A stretch of DNA of 64,000 bases from Bugula neritina (GCA_964035545.1 CAXIUT010000103.1:434001-498000), one strand, 5' to 3'; positions 1-11,600 are shown, numbered from the stretch's first letter. A program made the numbers and translations. The notes: generated from the letters alone by a model not told the origin.

Positions 1-336
1 TCAACTTGTTTTGGATCTACTTGTCACATCTGGCTTATGCTCTCTGGTAGGTTTATTTCATTAACTTTCTAGACTGATTTTCTTAACTTTCTGAAGAGTT
101 TGTTGTGATGCGAAATATATTGCCAAATATCTCATGGCAACGTGCCAATACAGTTAACACAGTAATTAAGCACTGGTGTCTTTGAAGCAGGCATCAAGTT
201 ATGCATAAAAATGTTCATCAAGTATCTAAACACATGCAAGTGATGAGTTTGGAGATATTATTTAAAACTACAAAAGTTTCCATGCCGCGTGTAAATCAAA
301 AGTGGACAAGTGCTGCAAACACCTCTTTTCATAGAA

Positions 337-596
337 TGACTCATTTATTTCTCATATGTTTGCAAAGGCATCTAAAATTAGTTATTGCTCTAGCAAAATA
401 TAACACTGTGAAATGGCGCTGCAGATGAGCTTTCTCTTTTAATATGAAAACTGATGATTGAAGAGCAATATAGTCTACTAATAAAATGGGTTTTAGCAGT
501 GACTCATCTCCACTGCCTGTAAACTATAAAGCTTCAAATCGTATACTGTAGGCCCATGGGCCAACTCTAGCACAATAACACAATTCACATGAGTCA
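337..596. promoter_or_regulatory. Cluster of three AP-1/TRE consensus sites plus a TATA-like box (one cluster per monomer; first copy given)
   Basis: TGACTCA at 337-343 and 500-506, TGAGTCA at 590-596, TATAAA at 525-530. The motifs are seen directly; function is inferred. Confidence 0.35.
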
Positions 597-614
597 GGAT
601 TGCTGGTTGTTAGA

Positions 615-644
615 GGGGACAGGGGGGGCAGGAGAGGGGATGGG
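615..644 (+). other. G-quadruplex-consensus purine tract (one per monomer; first copy given)
   Basis: GGGG-ACA-GGGGGGG-CAGGAGA-GGGG-AT-GGG matches G3+N1-7 x4. This is a motif match only; folding is not shown. Confidence 0.6.
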
Positions 645-992
645 AAAATAAAACATCTAAATTCAATAGTAAAAGCCGGTGTACAATGCAAAGGTCTTCC
701 AGCATCACTGGTATTTCCATAATAACTGCAAGGCCAAACTTTTGCTGATGGACAATCAGACAGAAAAACTCTTGCAAATAACAAAACTAATATTAGCCTG
801 TGTCTGCTTCTTATAAACACAAAGAACAAAATTTTGGGAAAGATAACTCCCAACACACCTATCTTGCAACTGGTGCTGGTGCAATGAAATTGAAGGGTTA
901 TGTTTCATAGTCATATTTTCAACTAGTACTTCTAACTGCAAAGAAATAACATTGCAGAAAAAAGTGAAGATGTGAAGCACTGTAGATTTATG

Positions 993-1066
993 GTAAGTTA
1001 TAATATGCATTTGATATTATTTATTTGTCCAGAAAATAATATTATATTATATTTTATTCTACTCAG
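993..1066 (+). other. Candidate ~74 nt AT-rich intron in each monomer (non-coding context)
   Basis: Donor ATG|GTAAGT at 992/993 and acceptor TTTTATTCTACTCAG|TAG at 1066. Haplotype B has ATG|GCAAGT and ...CTCACTAG. No transcript evidence. Confidence 0.25.
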
Positions 1067-1072
1067 TAGTAC

Positions 1073-1144
1073 CAACAATGAATATTTTATCATTGTTTAT
1101 GGCAGTCGTGAATCTCAACAATGAATAATAATAATATGCATTGT
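1073..1144. repeat. Internal duplicated module CAACAATGAATA...CATTGT (two inverted pairs of SOX/HMG-type motifs)
   Basis: A 12 bp direct repeat at 1073-1084 and 1116-1127, each followed by CATTGT (1091-1096, 1139-1144). AACAATGA/TCATTGTT forms an 8 bp inverted repeat. Confidence 0.6.
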
Positions 1145-1343
1145 CAATTTTCACAAAGTAGCAGTCTTCAGTCAGCCCTCTCTAGTTCAAGATGGGCATC
1201 ACTATACACACAAGAGTTAAGAACTTTAATGAGTCCTGTCAGCTAACCAGCTCATGAAGTCTACACAGTTTGATTGCAGGCGTTTGCATTTGACATTAGG
1301 ACTAAAGTGTTGACTACATGGAGATTTCAACTTCAATTGTTAA

Positions 1344-2684
1344 TCAACTAATTGTTTTGGATCTACTTGTTACATCTGGCTTACTCTTTCTGGTAGGTTT
1401 ATTTCATTAACTTTCTAGACTGATTTTCTTAACTTTCTGAAGAGTTTGTTGTGATGCGAAATATTACCAAATATCTCATGGCAACATGCCAATACAGTTA
1501 ACACAGTAATTAAGCACTGGTGTCTTTGAAGCAGGCATCAAGTTTTGCATAAAAAAACTTATCAAGTATCTAAACACATGCAAGTGATGAGTTTGGAGAT
1601 ATTATTTAAAACTACAAAAGTTTCCATGCCGCTTGTAAATCAAAAGTGGACAATTGCTGCAAACACCTCTTTTCATGGAATGACTCATTTATTTCTCATA
1701 TGTTTGCAAAGGCATCTAAAATTAGTTATTGCTCTAGCAAAATATAACACTGTGAAATGGCGCTGCAGATGAGCTTTCTCTTTTAATATGAAAACTGATG
1801 ATTGAAGAGCAATATAGCCTACTATTAAAATGGGTTTCAGCAGTGACTCATCTCCACTGCCTGTAAACTATAAATCTTCAAATCGTATACTGTAGGCCCA
1901 TGGTCCAACTCTAAAACAATAACACATTTCACATGAGTCAGGATTACTGGTTGTTAGAAGGGACAGGGGGGCAGGAGAGGGGAGGGGAAAATAAAACATC
2001 TAAATTTAATAGTAAAGGCGGGTGTACAATGCAAAGGTCTTCCAGCATCACTGATATTTCCATAATAACTGCAAGGCGCAAGCTCCTGCTGATGGACAAT
2101 ATGACAGAAAAACTCTTTCAAATAAGTAAACTAATATTAGCCTGTGTCTGCTTCGTATAAACGCCAAGAACAAACTTTTAGGAAAGATAACTCCCACCAC
2201 ACCTATCTTGCAACCGGTGCTAGTGCAATGAAATTGAAGGGCTATGTTTCATAGTCCTATATTCAGCTAGTACTTCTAACTAGAAAGAAATAACATTGCC
2301 GGAAAAGTTGAAGAGGTGAAGCACTGTAGAGTTATGGCAAGTTAGATTCTCTATATGATATTATTTATCTGTCAAGAAAATATTATATTATATTTTATTC
2401 TACTCACTAGTACCAACAATGAATATTTTATCATTGTTTATGGCAGTCGTGAATCTCAACAATGAATAATAATAATATGCATTGTCAATTTTCACAAAGT
2501 AGCAGTCTTCAGTCAGCCCTCTCTAGTTCAAGATGGGCATCACTATACACACAAGAGTTAAGAACTTTAATGAGTCCTGTCAGGTAACCAGCTCATGAAG
2601 TCTACACAGTTTGGTTGCAGACGTTTGCATTTGACATTAGGATTAAAGTGTTCACTACATGGAGACTTCAACTTCAATTGTTAA
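1344..2684. repeat. Representative monomer, haplotype B
   Basis: Manual comparison with monomer 1 gives roughly 70-75 substitutions plus ~5 small indels. Diagnostic words: GGCCCATGGTCC, GCAAGCTCCTG, CTAGAAAG, GCCGGAAAAGTTG, ATGGCAAGTTAGATTCTC, CTCACTAG. Confidence 0.95.
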
Positions 2685-5600
2685 TCAACTTGTTTTGGAT
2701 CTACTTGTCACATCTGGCTTACGCTCTCTGGTAGGTTTATTTCATTAACTTTCTAGACTGATTTTCTTAACTTTCTGAAGAGTTTGTTGTGATGCGAAAT
2801 ATATTGCCAAATATCTCATGGCAACGTGCCAATACAGTTAACACAGTAATTAAGCACTGGTGTCTTTGAAGCAGGCATCAAGTTATGCATAAAAATGTTC
2901 ATCAAGTATCTAAACACATGCAAGTGATGAGTTTGGAGATATTATTTAAAACTACAAAAGTTTCCATGCCGCGTGTAAATCAAAAGTGGACAAGTGCTGC
3001 AAACACCTCTTTTCATAGAATGACTCATTTATTTCTCATATGTTTGCAAAGGCATCTAAAATTAGTTATTGCTCTAGCAAAATATAACACTGTGAAATGG
3101 CGCTGCAGATGAGCTTTCTCTTTTAATATGAAAACTGATGATTGAAGAGCAATATAGTCTACTAATAAAATGGGTTTTAGCAGTGACTCATCTCCACTGC
3201 CTGTAAACTATAAAGCTTCAAATCGTATACTGTAGGCCCATGGGCCAACTCTAGCACAATAACACAATTCACATGAGTCAGGATTGCTGGTTGTTAGAGG
3301 GGACAGGGGGGGCAGGAGAGGGGATGGGAAAATAAAACATCTAAATTCAATAGTAAAAGCCGGTGTACAATGCAAAGGTCTTCCAGCATCACTGGTATTT
3401 CCATAATAACTGCAAGGCGCAAACTTTTGCTGATGGACAATCAGACAGAAAAACTCTTGCAAATAACAAAACTAATATTAGCCTGTGTCTGCTTCGTATA
3501 AACACCAAGAACAAAATTTTAGGAAAGATAACTCCCAACACACCTATCTTGCAACTGGTGCTGGTGCAAAGAAATTGAAGGGTTATGTTTCATAGTCATA
3601 TATTCAGCTAGTACTTCTAACTGCAAAGGAGTAACATTGCAGAAAAAGGTGAAGATGTGAAGCACTGTAGATTTATGGTAAGTTATAATATGCATTTGAT
3701 ATTACTTATCTGTCCAGAAAACAATAATATTATATTATATTTTATTCTACTCAGTAGTACCAACAATGAATATTTTATCATTGTTTATGGCAATCGTGAA
3801 TCTCAACAATGAATAATAATAATGTGCATTGTCAATTTTCACAAAATAGCAGTCTTCAGTCAGCCCTCTCTAGTTCAAGATGGGCATCACTATACACACA
3901 AGAGTTAAGAACTTTAATGAGTCCTGTCAGCTAACCAGCTCATGAAGTCTACACAGTTTGGTTGCAGACGTTTGCATTTGACATTAGGACTAAAGTGTTG
4001 ACTACATGGAGATTTCAACTTCAATTGTTAATCAACTTGTTTTGGATCTACTTGTTACATCTGGCTTACTCTCTCTGGTAGGTTTATTTCATTAACTTTC
4101 TATACTGATTTTCTTAACTTTCTGAAGAGTTTGTTGTGATGCGAAATATATTACCAAATATCTCATGGCAACGTGCCAATACAGTTAACACAGTAATTAA
4201 GCACTGGTGTCTTTGAAGCAGGCATCAAGTTTTGCATAAAAAAATTTATCAAGTATCTAAACACATGCAAGTGATGAGTTTGGAGATATTATTTAAAACT
4301 ACAAAAGTTTCCATGCTGCGTGTAAATCAAAAGTGGACAAGTGCTGCAAACACCTCTTTTCATAGAATGACTCATTTATTTCTCATATGTTTGCAAAGGC
4401 ATCTAAAATTAGTTATTGCTCTAGCAAAATATAACACTGTGAAATGGCGCTGCAGATGAGTTTTCTCTTTTAATATGAAAACTGATGATTGAAGAGCAAT
4501 ATAGTCTACTAATAAATTGGGTTTCAGCAGTGACTCATCTCCACTGCCTGTAAACTATAAATCTTCAAATCGTATACTGTAGGCCCATGGTCCAACTCTA
4601 AAACAATAACACATTTCACATGAGTCAGGATTACTGGTTGTTAGAAGGGACAGGGGGGCAGGAGAGGGGAGGGGAAAATAAAACATCTAAATTTAATAGT
4701 AAAGGCGGGTGTACAATGCAAAGGTCTTCCAGCATCACTGATATTTCCATAATAACTGCAAGGCGCAAGCTCCTGCTGATGGACAATATGACAGAAAAAC
4801 TCTTTCAAATAAGTAAACTAATATTAGCCTGTGTCTGCTTCGTATAAACGCCAAGAACAAACTTTTAGGAAAGATAACTCCCACCACACCTATCTTGCAA
4901 CCGGTGCTAGTGCAATGAAATTGAAGGGCTATGTTTCATAGTCCTATATTCAGCTAGTACTTCTAACTAGAAAGAAATAACATTGCCGGAAAAGTTGAAG
5001 AGGTGAAGCACTGTAGAGTTATGGCAAGTTAGATTCTCTATATGATATTATTTATCTGTCAAGAAAATATTATATTATATTTTATTCTACTCACTAGTAC
5101 CAACAATGAATATTTTATCATTGTTTATGGCAGTCGTGAATCTCAACAATGAATAATAATAATATGCATTGTCAATTTTCACAAAGTAGCAGTCTTCAGT
5201 CAGCCCTCTCTAGTTCAAGATGGGCATCACTATACACACAAGAGTTAAGAACTTTAATGAGTCCTGTCAGGTAACCAGCTCATGAAGTCTACACAGTTTG
5301 GTTGCAGACGTTTGCATTTGACATTAGGATTAAAGTGTTCACTACATGGAGACTTCAACTTCAATTGTTAATCAACTTGTTTTGGATCTACTTGTCACAT
5401 CTGGCTTACGCTCTCTGGTAGGTTTATTTCATTAACTTTCTAGACTGATTTTCTTAACTTTCTGAAGAGTTTGTTGTGATGCGAAATATATTGCCAAATA
5501 TCTCATGGCAACGTGCCAATACAGTTAACACAGTAATTAAGCACTGGTGTCTTTGAAGCAGGCATCAAGTTATGCATAAAAATGTTCATCAAGTATCTAA

Positions 5601-8600
5601 ACACATGCAAGTGATGAGTTTGGAGATATTATTTAAAACTACAAAAGTTTCCATGCCGCGTGTAAATCAAAAGTGGACAAGTGCTGCAAACACCTCTTTT
5701 CATAGAATGACTCATTTATTTCTCATATGTTTGCAAAGGCATCTAAAATTAGTTATTGCTCTAGCAAAATATAACACTGTGAAATGGCGCTGCAGATGAG
5801 CTTTCTCTTTTAATATGAAAACTGATGATTGAAGAGCAATATAGTCTACTAATAAAATGGGTTTTAGCAGTGACTCATCTCCACTGCCTGTAAACTATAA
5901 AGCTTCAAATCGTATACTGTAGGCCCATGGGCCAACTCTAGCACAATAACACAATTCACATGAGTCAGGATTGCTGGTTGTTAGAGGGGACAGGGGGGGC
6001 AGGAGAGGGGATGGGAAAATAAAACATCTAAATTCAATAGTAAAAGCCGGTGTACAATGCAAAGGTCTTCCAGCATCACTGGTATTTCCATAATAACTGC
6101 AAGGCGCAAACTTTTGCTGATGGACAATCAGACAGAAAAACTCTTGCAAATAACAAAACTAATATTAGCCTGTGTCTGCTTCGTATAAACACCAAGAACA
6201 AAATTTTAGGAAAGATAACTCCCAACACACCTATCTTGCAACTGGTGCTGGTGCAAAGAAATTGAAGGGTTATGTTTCATAGTCATATATTCAGCTAGTA
6301 CTTCTAACTGCAAAGGAGTAACATTGCAGAAAAAGGTGAAGATGTGAAGCACTGTAGATTTATGGTAAGTTATAATATGCATTTGATATTACTTATCTGT
6401 CCAGAAAACAATAATATTATATTATATTTTATTCTACTCAGTAGTACCAACAATGAATATTTTATCATTGTTTATGGCAATCGTGAATCTCAACAATGAA
6501 TAATAATAATGTGCATTGTCAATTTTCACAAAATAGCAGTCTTCAGTCAGCCCTCTCTAGTTCAAGATGGGCATCACTATACACACAAGAGTTAAGAACT
6601 TTAATGAGTCCTGTCAGCTAACCAGCTCATGAAGTCTACACAGTTTGGTTGCAGACGTTTGCATTTGACATTAGGACTAAAGTGTTGACTACATGGAGAT
6701 TTCAACTTCAATTGTTAATCAACTTGTTTTGGATCTACTTGTTACATCTGGCTTACTCTCTCTGGTAGGTTTATTTCATTAACTTTCTATACTGATTTTC
6801 TTAACTTTCTGAAGAGTTTGTTGTGATGCGAAATATATTACCAAATATCTCATGGCAACGTGCCAATACAGTTAACACAGTAATTAAGCACTGGTGTCTT
6901 TGAAGCAGGCATCAAGTTTTGCATAAAAAAATTTATCAAGTATCTAAACACATGCAAGTGATGAGTTTGGAGATATTATTTAAAACTACAAAAGTTTCCA
7001 TGCTGCGTGTAAATCAAAAGTGGACAAGTGCTGCAAACACCTCTTTTCATAGAATGACTCATTTATTTCTCATATGTTTGCAAAGGCATCTAAAATTAGT
7101 TATTGCTCTAGCAAAATATAACACTGTGAAATGGCGCTGCAGATGAGTTTTCTCTTTTAATATGAAAACTGATGATTGAAGAGCAATATAGTCTACTAAT
7201 AAATTGGGTTTCAGCAGTGACTCATCTCCACTGCCTGTAAACTATAAATCTTCAAATCGTATACTGTAGGCCCATGGTCCAACTCTAAAACAATAACACA
7301 TTTCACATGAGTCAGGATTACTGGTTGTTAGAAGGGACAGGGGGGCAGGAGAGGGGAGGGGAAAATAAAACATCTAAATTTAATAGTAAAGGCGGGTGTA
7401 CAATGCAAAGGTCTTCCAGCATCACTGATATTTCCATAATAACTGCAAGGCGCAAGCTCCTGCTGATGGACAATATGACAGAAAAACTCTTTCAAATAAG
7501 TAAACTAATATTAGCCTGTGTCTGCTTCGTATAAACGCCAAGAACAAACTTTTAGGAAAGATAACTCCCACCACACCTATCTTGCAACCGGTGCTAGTGC
7601 AATGAAATTGAAGGGCTATGTTTCATAGTCCTATATTCAGCTAGTACTTCTAACTAGAAAGAAATAACATTGCCGGAAAAGTTGAAGAGGTGAAGCACTG
7701 TAGAGTTATGGCAAGTTAGATTCTCTATATGATATTATTTATCTGTCAAGAAAATATTATATTATATTTTATTCTACTCACTAGTACCAACAATGAATAT
7801 TTTATCATTGTTTATGGCAGTCGTGAATCTCAACAATGAATAATAATAATATGCATTGTCAATTTTCACAAAGTAGCAGTCTTCAGTCAGCCCTCTCTAG
7901 TTCAAGATGGGCATCACTATACACACAAGAGTTAAGAACTTTAATGAGTCCTGTCAGGTAACCAGCTCATGAAGTCTACACAGTTTGGTTGCAGACGTTT
8001 GCATTTGACATTAGGATTAAAGTGTTCACTACATGGAGACTTCAACTTCAATTGTTAATCAACTTGTTTTGGATCTACTTGTCACATCTGGCTTATGCTC
8101 TCTGGTAGGTTTATTTCATTAACTTTCTAGACTGATTTTCTTAACTTTCTGAAGAGTTTGTTGTGATGCGAAATATATTGCCAAATATCTCATGGCAACG
8201 TGCCAATACAGTTAACACAGTAATTAAGCACTGGTGTCTTTGAAGCAGGCATCAAGTTATGCATAAAAATGTTCATCAAGTATCTAAACACATGCAAGTG
8301 ATGAGTTTGGAGATATTATTTAAAACTACAAAAGTTTCCATGCCGCGTGTAAATCAAAAGTGGACAAGTGCTGCAAACACCTCTTTTCATAGAATGACTC
8401 ATTTATTTCTCATATGTTTGCAAAGGCATCTAAAATTAGTTATTGCTCTAGCAAAATATAACACTGTGAAATGGCGCTGCAGATGAGCTTTCTCTTTTAA
8501 TATGAAAACTGATGATTGAAGAGCAATATAGTCTACTAATAAAATGGGTTTTAGCAGTGACTCATCTCCACTGCCTGTAAACTATAAAGCTTCAAATCGT

Positions 8601-11600
8601 ATACTGTAGGCCCATGGGCCAACTCTAGCACAATAACACAATTCACATGAGTCAGGATTGCTGGTTGTTAGAGGGGACAGGGGGGGCAGGAGAGGGGATG
8701 GGAAAATAAAACATCTAAATTCAATAGTAAAAGCCGGTGTACAATGCAAAGGTCTTCCAGCATCACTGGTATTTCCATAATAACTGCAAGGCCAAACTTT
8801 TGCTGATGGACAATCAGACAGAAAAACTCTTGCAAATAACAAAACTAATATTAGCCTGTGTCTGCTTCTTATAAACACAAAGAACAAAATTTTGGGAAAG
8901 ATAACTCCCAACACACCTATCTTGCAACTGGTGCTGGTGCAATGAAATTGAAGGGTTATGTTTCATAGTCATATTTTCAACTAGTACTTCTAACTGCAAA
9001 GAAATAACATTGCAGAAAAAAGTGAAGATGTGAAGCACTGTAGATTTATGGTAAGTTATAATATGCATTTGATATTATTTATTTGTCCAGAAAATAATAT
9101 TATATTATATTTTATTCTACTCAGTAGTACCAACAATGAATATTTTATCATTGTTTATGGCAGTCGTGAATCTCAACAATGAATAATAATAATATGCATT
9201 GTCAATTTTCACAAAGTAGCAGTCTTCAGTCAGCCCTCTCTAGTTCAAGATGGGCATCACTATACACACAAGAGTTAAGAACTTTAATGAGTCCTGTCAG
9301 CTAACCAGCTCATGAAGTCTACACAGTTTGATTGCAGGCGTTTGCATTTGACATTAGGACTAAAGTGTTGACTACATGGAGATTTCAACTTCAATTGTTA
9401 ATCAACTAATTGTTTTGGATCTACTTGTTACATCTGGCTTACTCTTTCTGGTAGGTTTATTTCATTAACTTTCTAGACTGATTTTCTTAACTTTCTGAAG
9501 AGTTTGTTGTGATGCGAAATATTACCAAATATCTCATGGCAACATGCCAATACAGTTAACACAGTAATTAAGCACTGGTGTCTTTGAAGCAGGCATCAAG
9601 TTTTGCATAAAAAAACTTATCAAGTATCTAAACACATGCAAGTGATGAGTTTGGAGATATTATTTAAAACTACAAAAGTTTCCATGCCGCTTGTAAATCA
9701 AAAGTGGACAATTGCTGCAAACACCTCTTTTCATGGAATGACTCATTTATTTCTCATATGTTTGCAAAGGCATCTAAAATTAGTTATTGCTCTAGCAAAA
9801 TATAACACTGTGAAATGGCGCTGCAGATGAGCTTTCTCTTTTAATATGAAAACTGATGATTGAAGAGCAATATAGCCTACTATTAAAATGGGTTTCAGCA
9901 GTGACTCATCTCCACTGCCTGTAAACTATAAATCTTCAAATCGTATACTGTAGGCCCATGGTCCAACTCTAAAACAATAACACATTTCACATGAGTCAGG
10001 ATTACTGGTTGTTAGAAGGGACAGGGGGGCAGGAGAGGGGAGGGGAAAATAAAACATCTAAATTTAATAGTAAAGGCGGGTGTACAATGCAAAGGTCTTC
10101 CAGCATCACTGATATTTCCATAATAACTGCAAGGCGCAAGCTCCTGCTGATGGACAATATGACAGAAAAACTCTTTCAAATAAGTAAACTAATATTAGCC
10201 TGTGTCTGCTTCGTATAAACGCCAAGAACAAACTTTTAGGAAAGATAACTCCCACCACACCTATCTTGCAACCGGTGCTAGTGCAATGAAATTGAAGGGC
10301 TATGTTTCATAGTCCTATATTCAGCTAGTACTTCTAACTAGAAAGAAATAACATTGCCGGAAAAGTTGAAGAGGTGCAGCACTGTAGAGTTATGGCAAGT
10401 TAGATTCTCTATATGATATTATTTATCTGTCAAGAAAATATTATATTATATTTTATTCTACTCACTAGTACCAACAATGAATATTTTATCATTGTTTATG
10501 GCAGTCGTGAATCTCAACAATGAATAATAATAATATGCATTGTCAATTTTCACAAAGTAGCAGTCTTCAGTCAGCCCTCTCTAGTTCAAGATGGGCATCA
10601 CTATACACACAAGAGTTAAGAACTTTAATGAGTCCTGTCAGGTAACCAGCTCATGAAGTCTACACAGTTTGGTTGCAGACGTTTGCATTTGACATTAGGA
10701 TTAAAGTGTTCACTACATGGAGACTTCAACTTCAATTGTTAATCAACTTGTTTTGGATCTACTTGTCACATCTGGCTTACGCTCTCTGGTAGGTTTATTT
10801 CATTAACTTTCTAGACTGATTTTCTTAACTTTCTGAAGAGTTTGTTGTGATGCGAAATATATTGCCAAATATCTCATGGCAACGTGCCAATACAGTTAAC
10901 ACAGTAATTAAGCACTGGTGTCTTTGAAGCAGGCATCAAGTTATGCATAAAAATGTTCATCAAGTATCTAAACACATGCAAGTGATGAGTTTGGAGATAT
11001 TATTTAAAACTACAAAAGTTTCCATGCCGCGTGTAAATCAAAAGTGGACAAGTGCTGCAAACACCTCTTTTCATAGAATGACTCATTTATTTCTCATATG
11101 TTTGCAAAGGCATCTAAAATTAGTTATTGCTCTAGCAAAATATAACACTGTGAAATGGCGCTGCAGATGAGCTTTCTCTTTTAATATGAAAACTGATGAT
11201 TGAAGAGCAATATAGTCTACTAATAAAATGGGTTTTAGCAGTGACTCATCTCCACTGCCTGTAAACTATAAAGCTTCAAATCGTATACTGTAGGCCCATG
11301 GGCCAACTCTAGCACAATAACACAATTCACATGAGTCAGGATTGCTGGTTGTTAGAGGGGACAGGGGGGGCAGGAGAGGGGATGGGAAAATAAAACATCT
11401 AAATTCAATAGTAAAAGCCGGTGTACAATGCAAAGGTCTTCCAGCATCACTGGTATTTCCATAATAACTGCAAGGCGCAAACTTTTGCTGATGGACAATC
11501 AGACAGAAAAACTCTTGCAAATAACAAAACTAATATTAGCCTGTGTCTGCTTCGTATAAACACCAAGAACAAAATTTTAGGAAAGATAACTCCCAACACA

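Larger units (their letters stand above)
1..1343. repeat. Representative monomer, haplotype A (sub-variant A1)
   Basis: Runs from TCAACTTGTTTTGGATC to ...AATTGTTAA. Diagnostic words: GGCCCATGGGCC, CTGCAAAGAAATAAC, ATGGTAAGTTATAATATGC, CTCAGTAG. Confidence 0.95.

Noticed and set aside
306-320. AAGTGCT, the seed of the miR-430/427/302 family, in a tandem array
   Set aside because: It is mutated to AATTGCT in many copies, has no ~60 nt pre-miRNA hairpin around it, and the rest does not resemble the mature miRNAs.
201-428. 75-aa ORF (MHK...WRCR) repeated in nearly every monomer, as a tandem gene family
   Set aside because: The start toggles between ATG and TTG, most variants are non-synonymous, and it is broken by stops (19213, 24591, 29969, ~50002) and a 2 bp frameshift (~42008). 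No recognisable domain; recurrence only reflects the repeat.
240-457. GTGATGA (box C) and CTGA (box D) as a C/D snoRNA
   Set aside because: The boxes are ~210 nt apart, with no terminal stem or recognisable rRNA-antisense element.
612-652. Purine tract followed by TG as a retroelement PPT/LTR boundary
   Set aside because: The T is absent in haplotype B, and I found no PBS, TG...CA termini, target-site duplication or gag/pol remnant.
120-957. Several 6 bp inverted repeats (TTGCCA/TGGCAA, GCAGTG/CACTGC, TTGGGA/TCCCAA, CTGCAA/TTGCAG) and the palindrome GGCCCATGGGCC
   Set aside because: A few such stems are expected by chance per 1.3 kb, and most are disrupted without compensation in other haplotypes.
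524-1010. Other 60-110 aa ORFs on both strands
   Set aside because: They overlap in conflicting frames, are reframed by G-run length and 1 bp indels, and often start at non-ATG codons.
1171-1202. Minus-strand GTGATGCCC...AA...GGGCTGAC resembling a SECIS or box C/D kink-turn
   Set aside because: The AA-to-GA spacing (12 nt) is too short for SECIS, there is no proper closing helix, and it is far too short for a C/D snoRNA.
2151-2167. CTTCGTATAAACGCCAA as a CENP-B box
   Set aside because: It has TTCG and the central A but lacks the essential CGGG.
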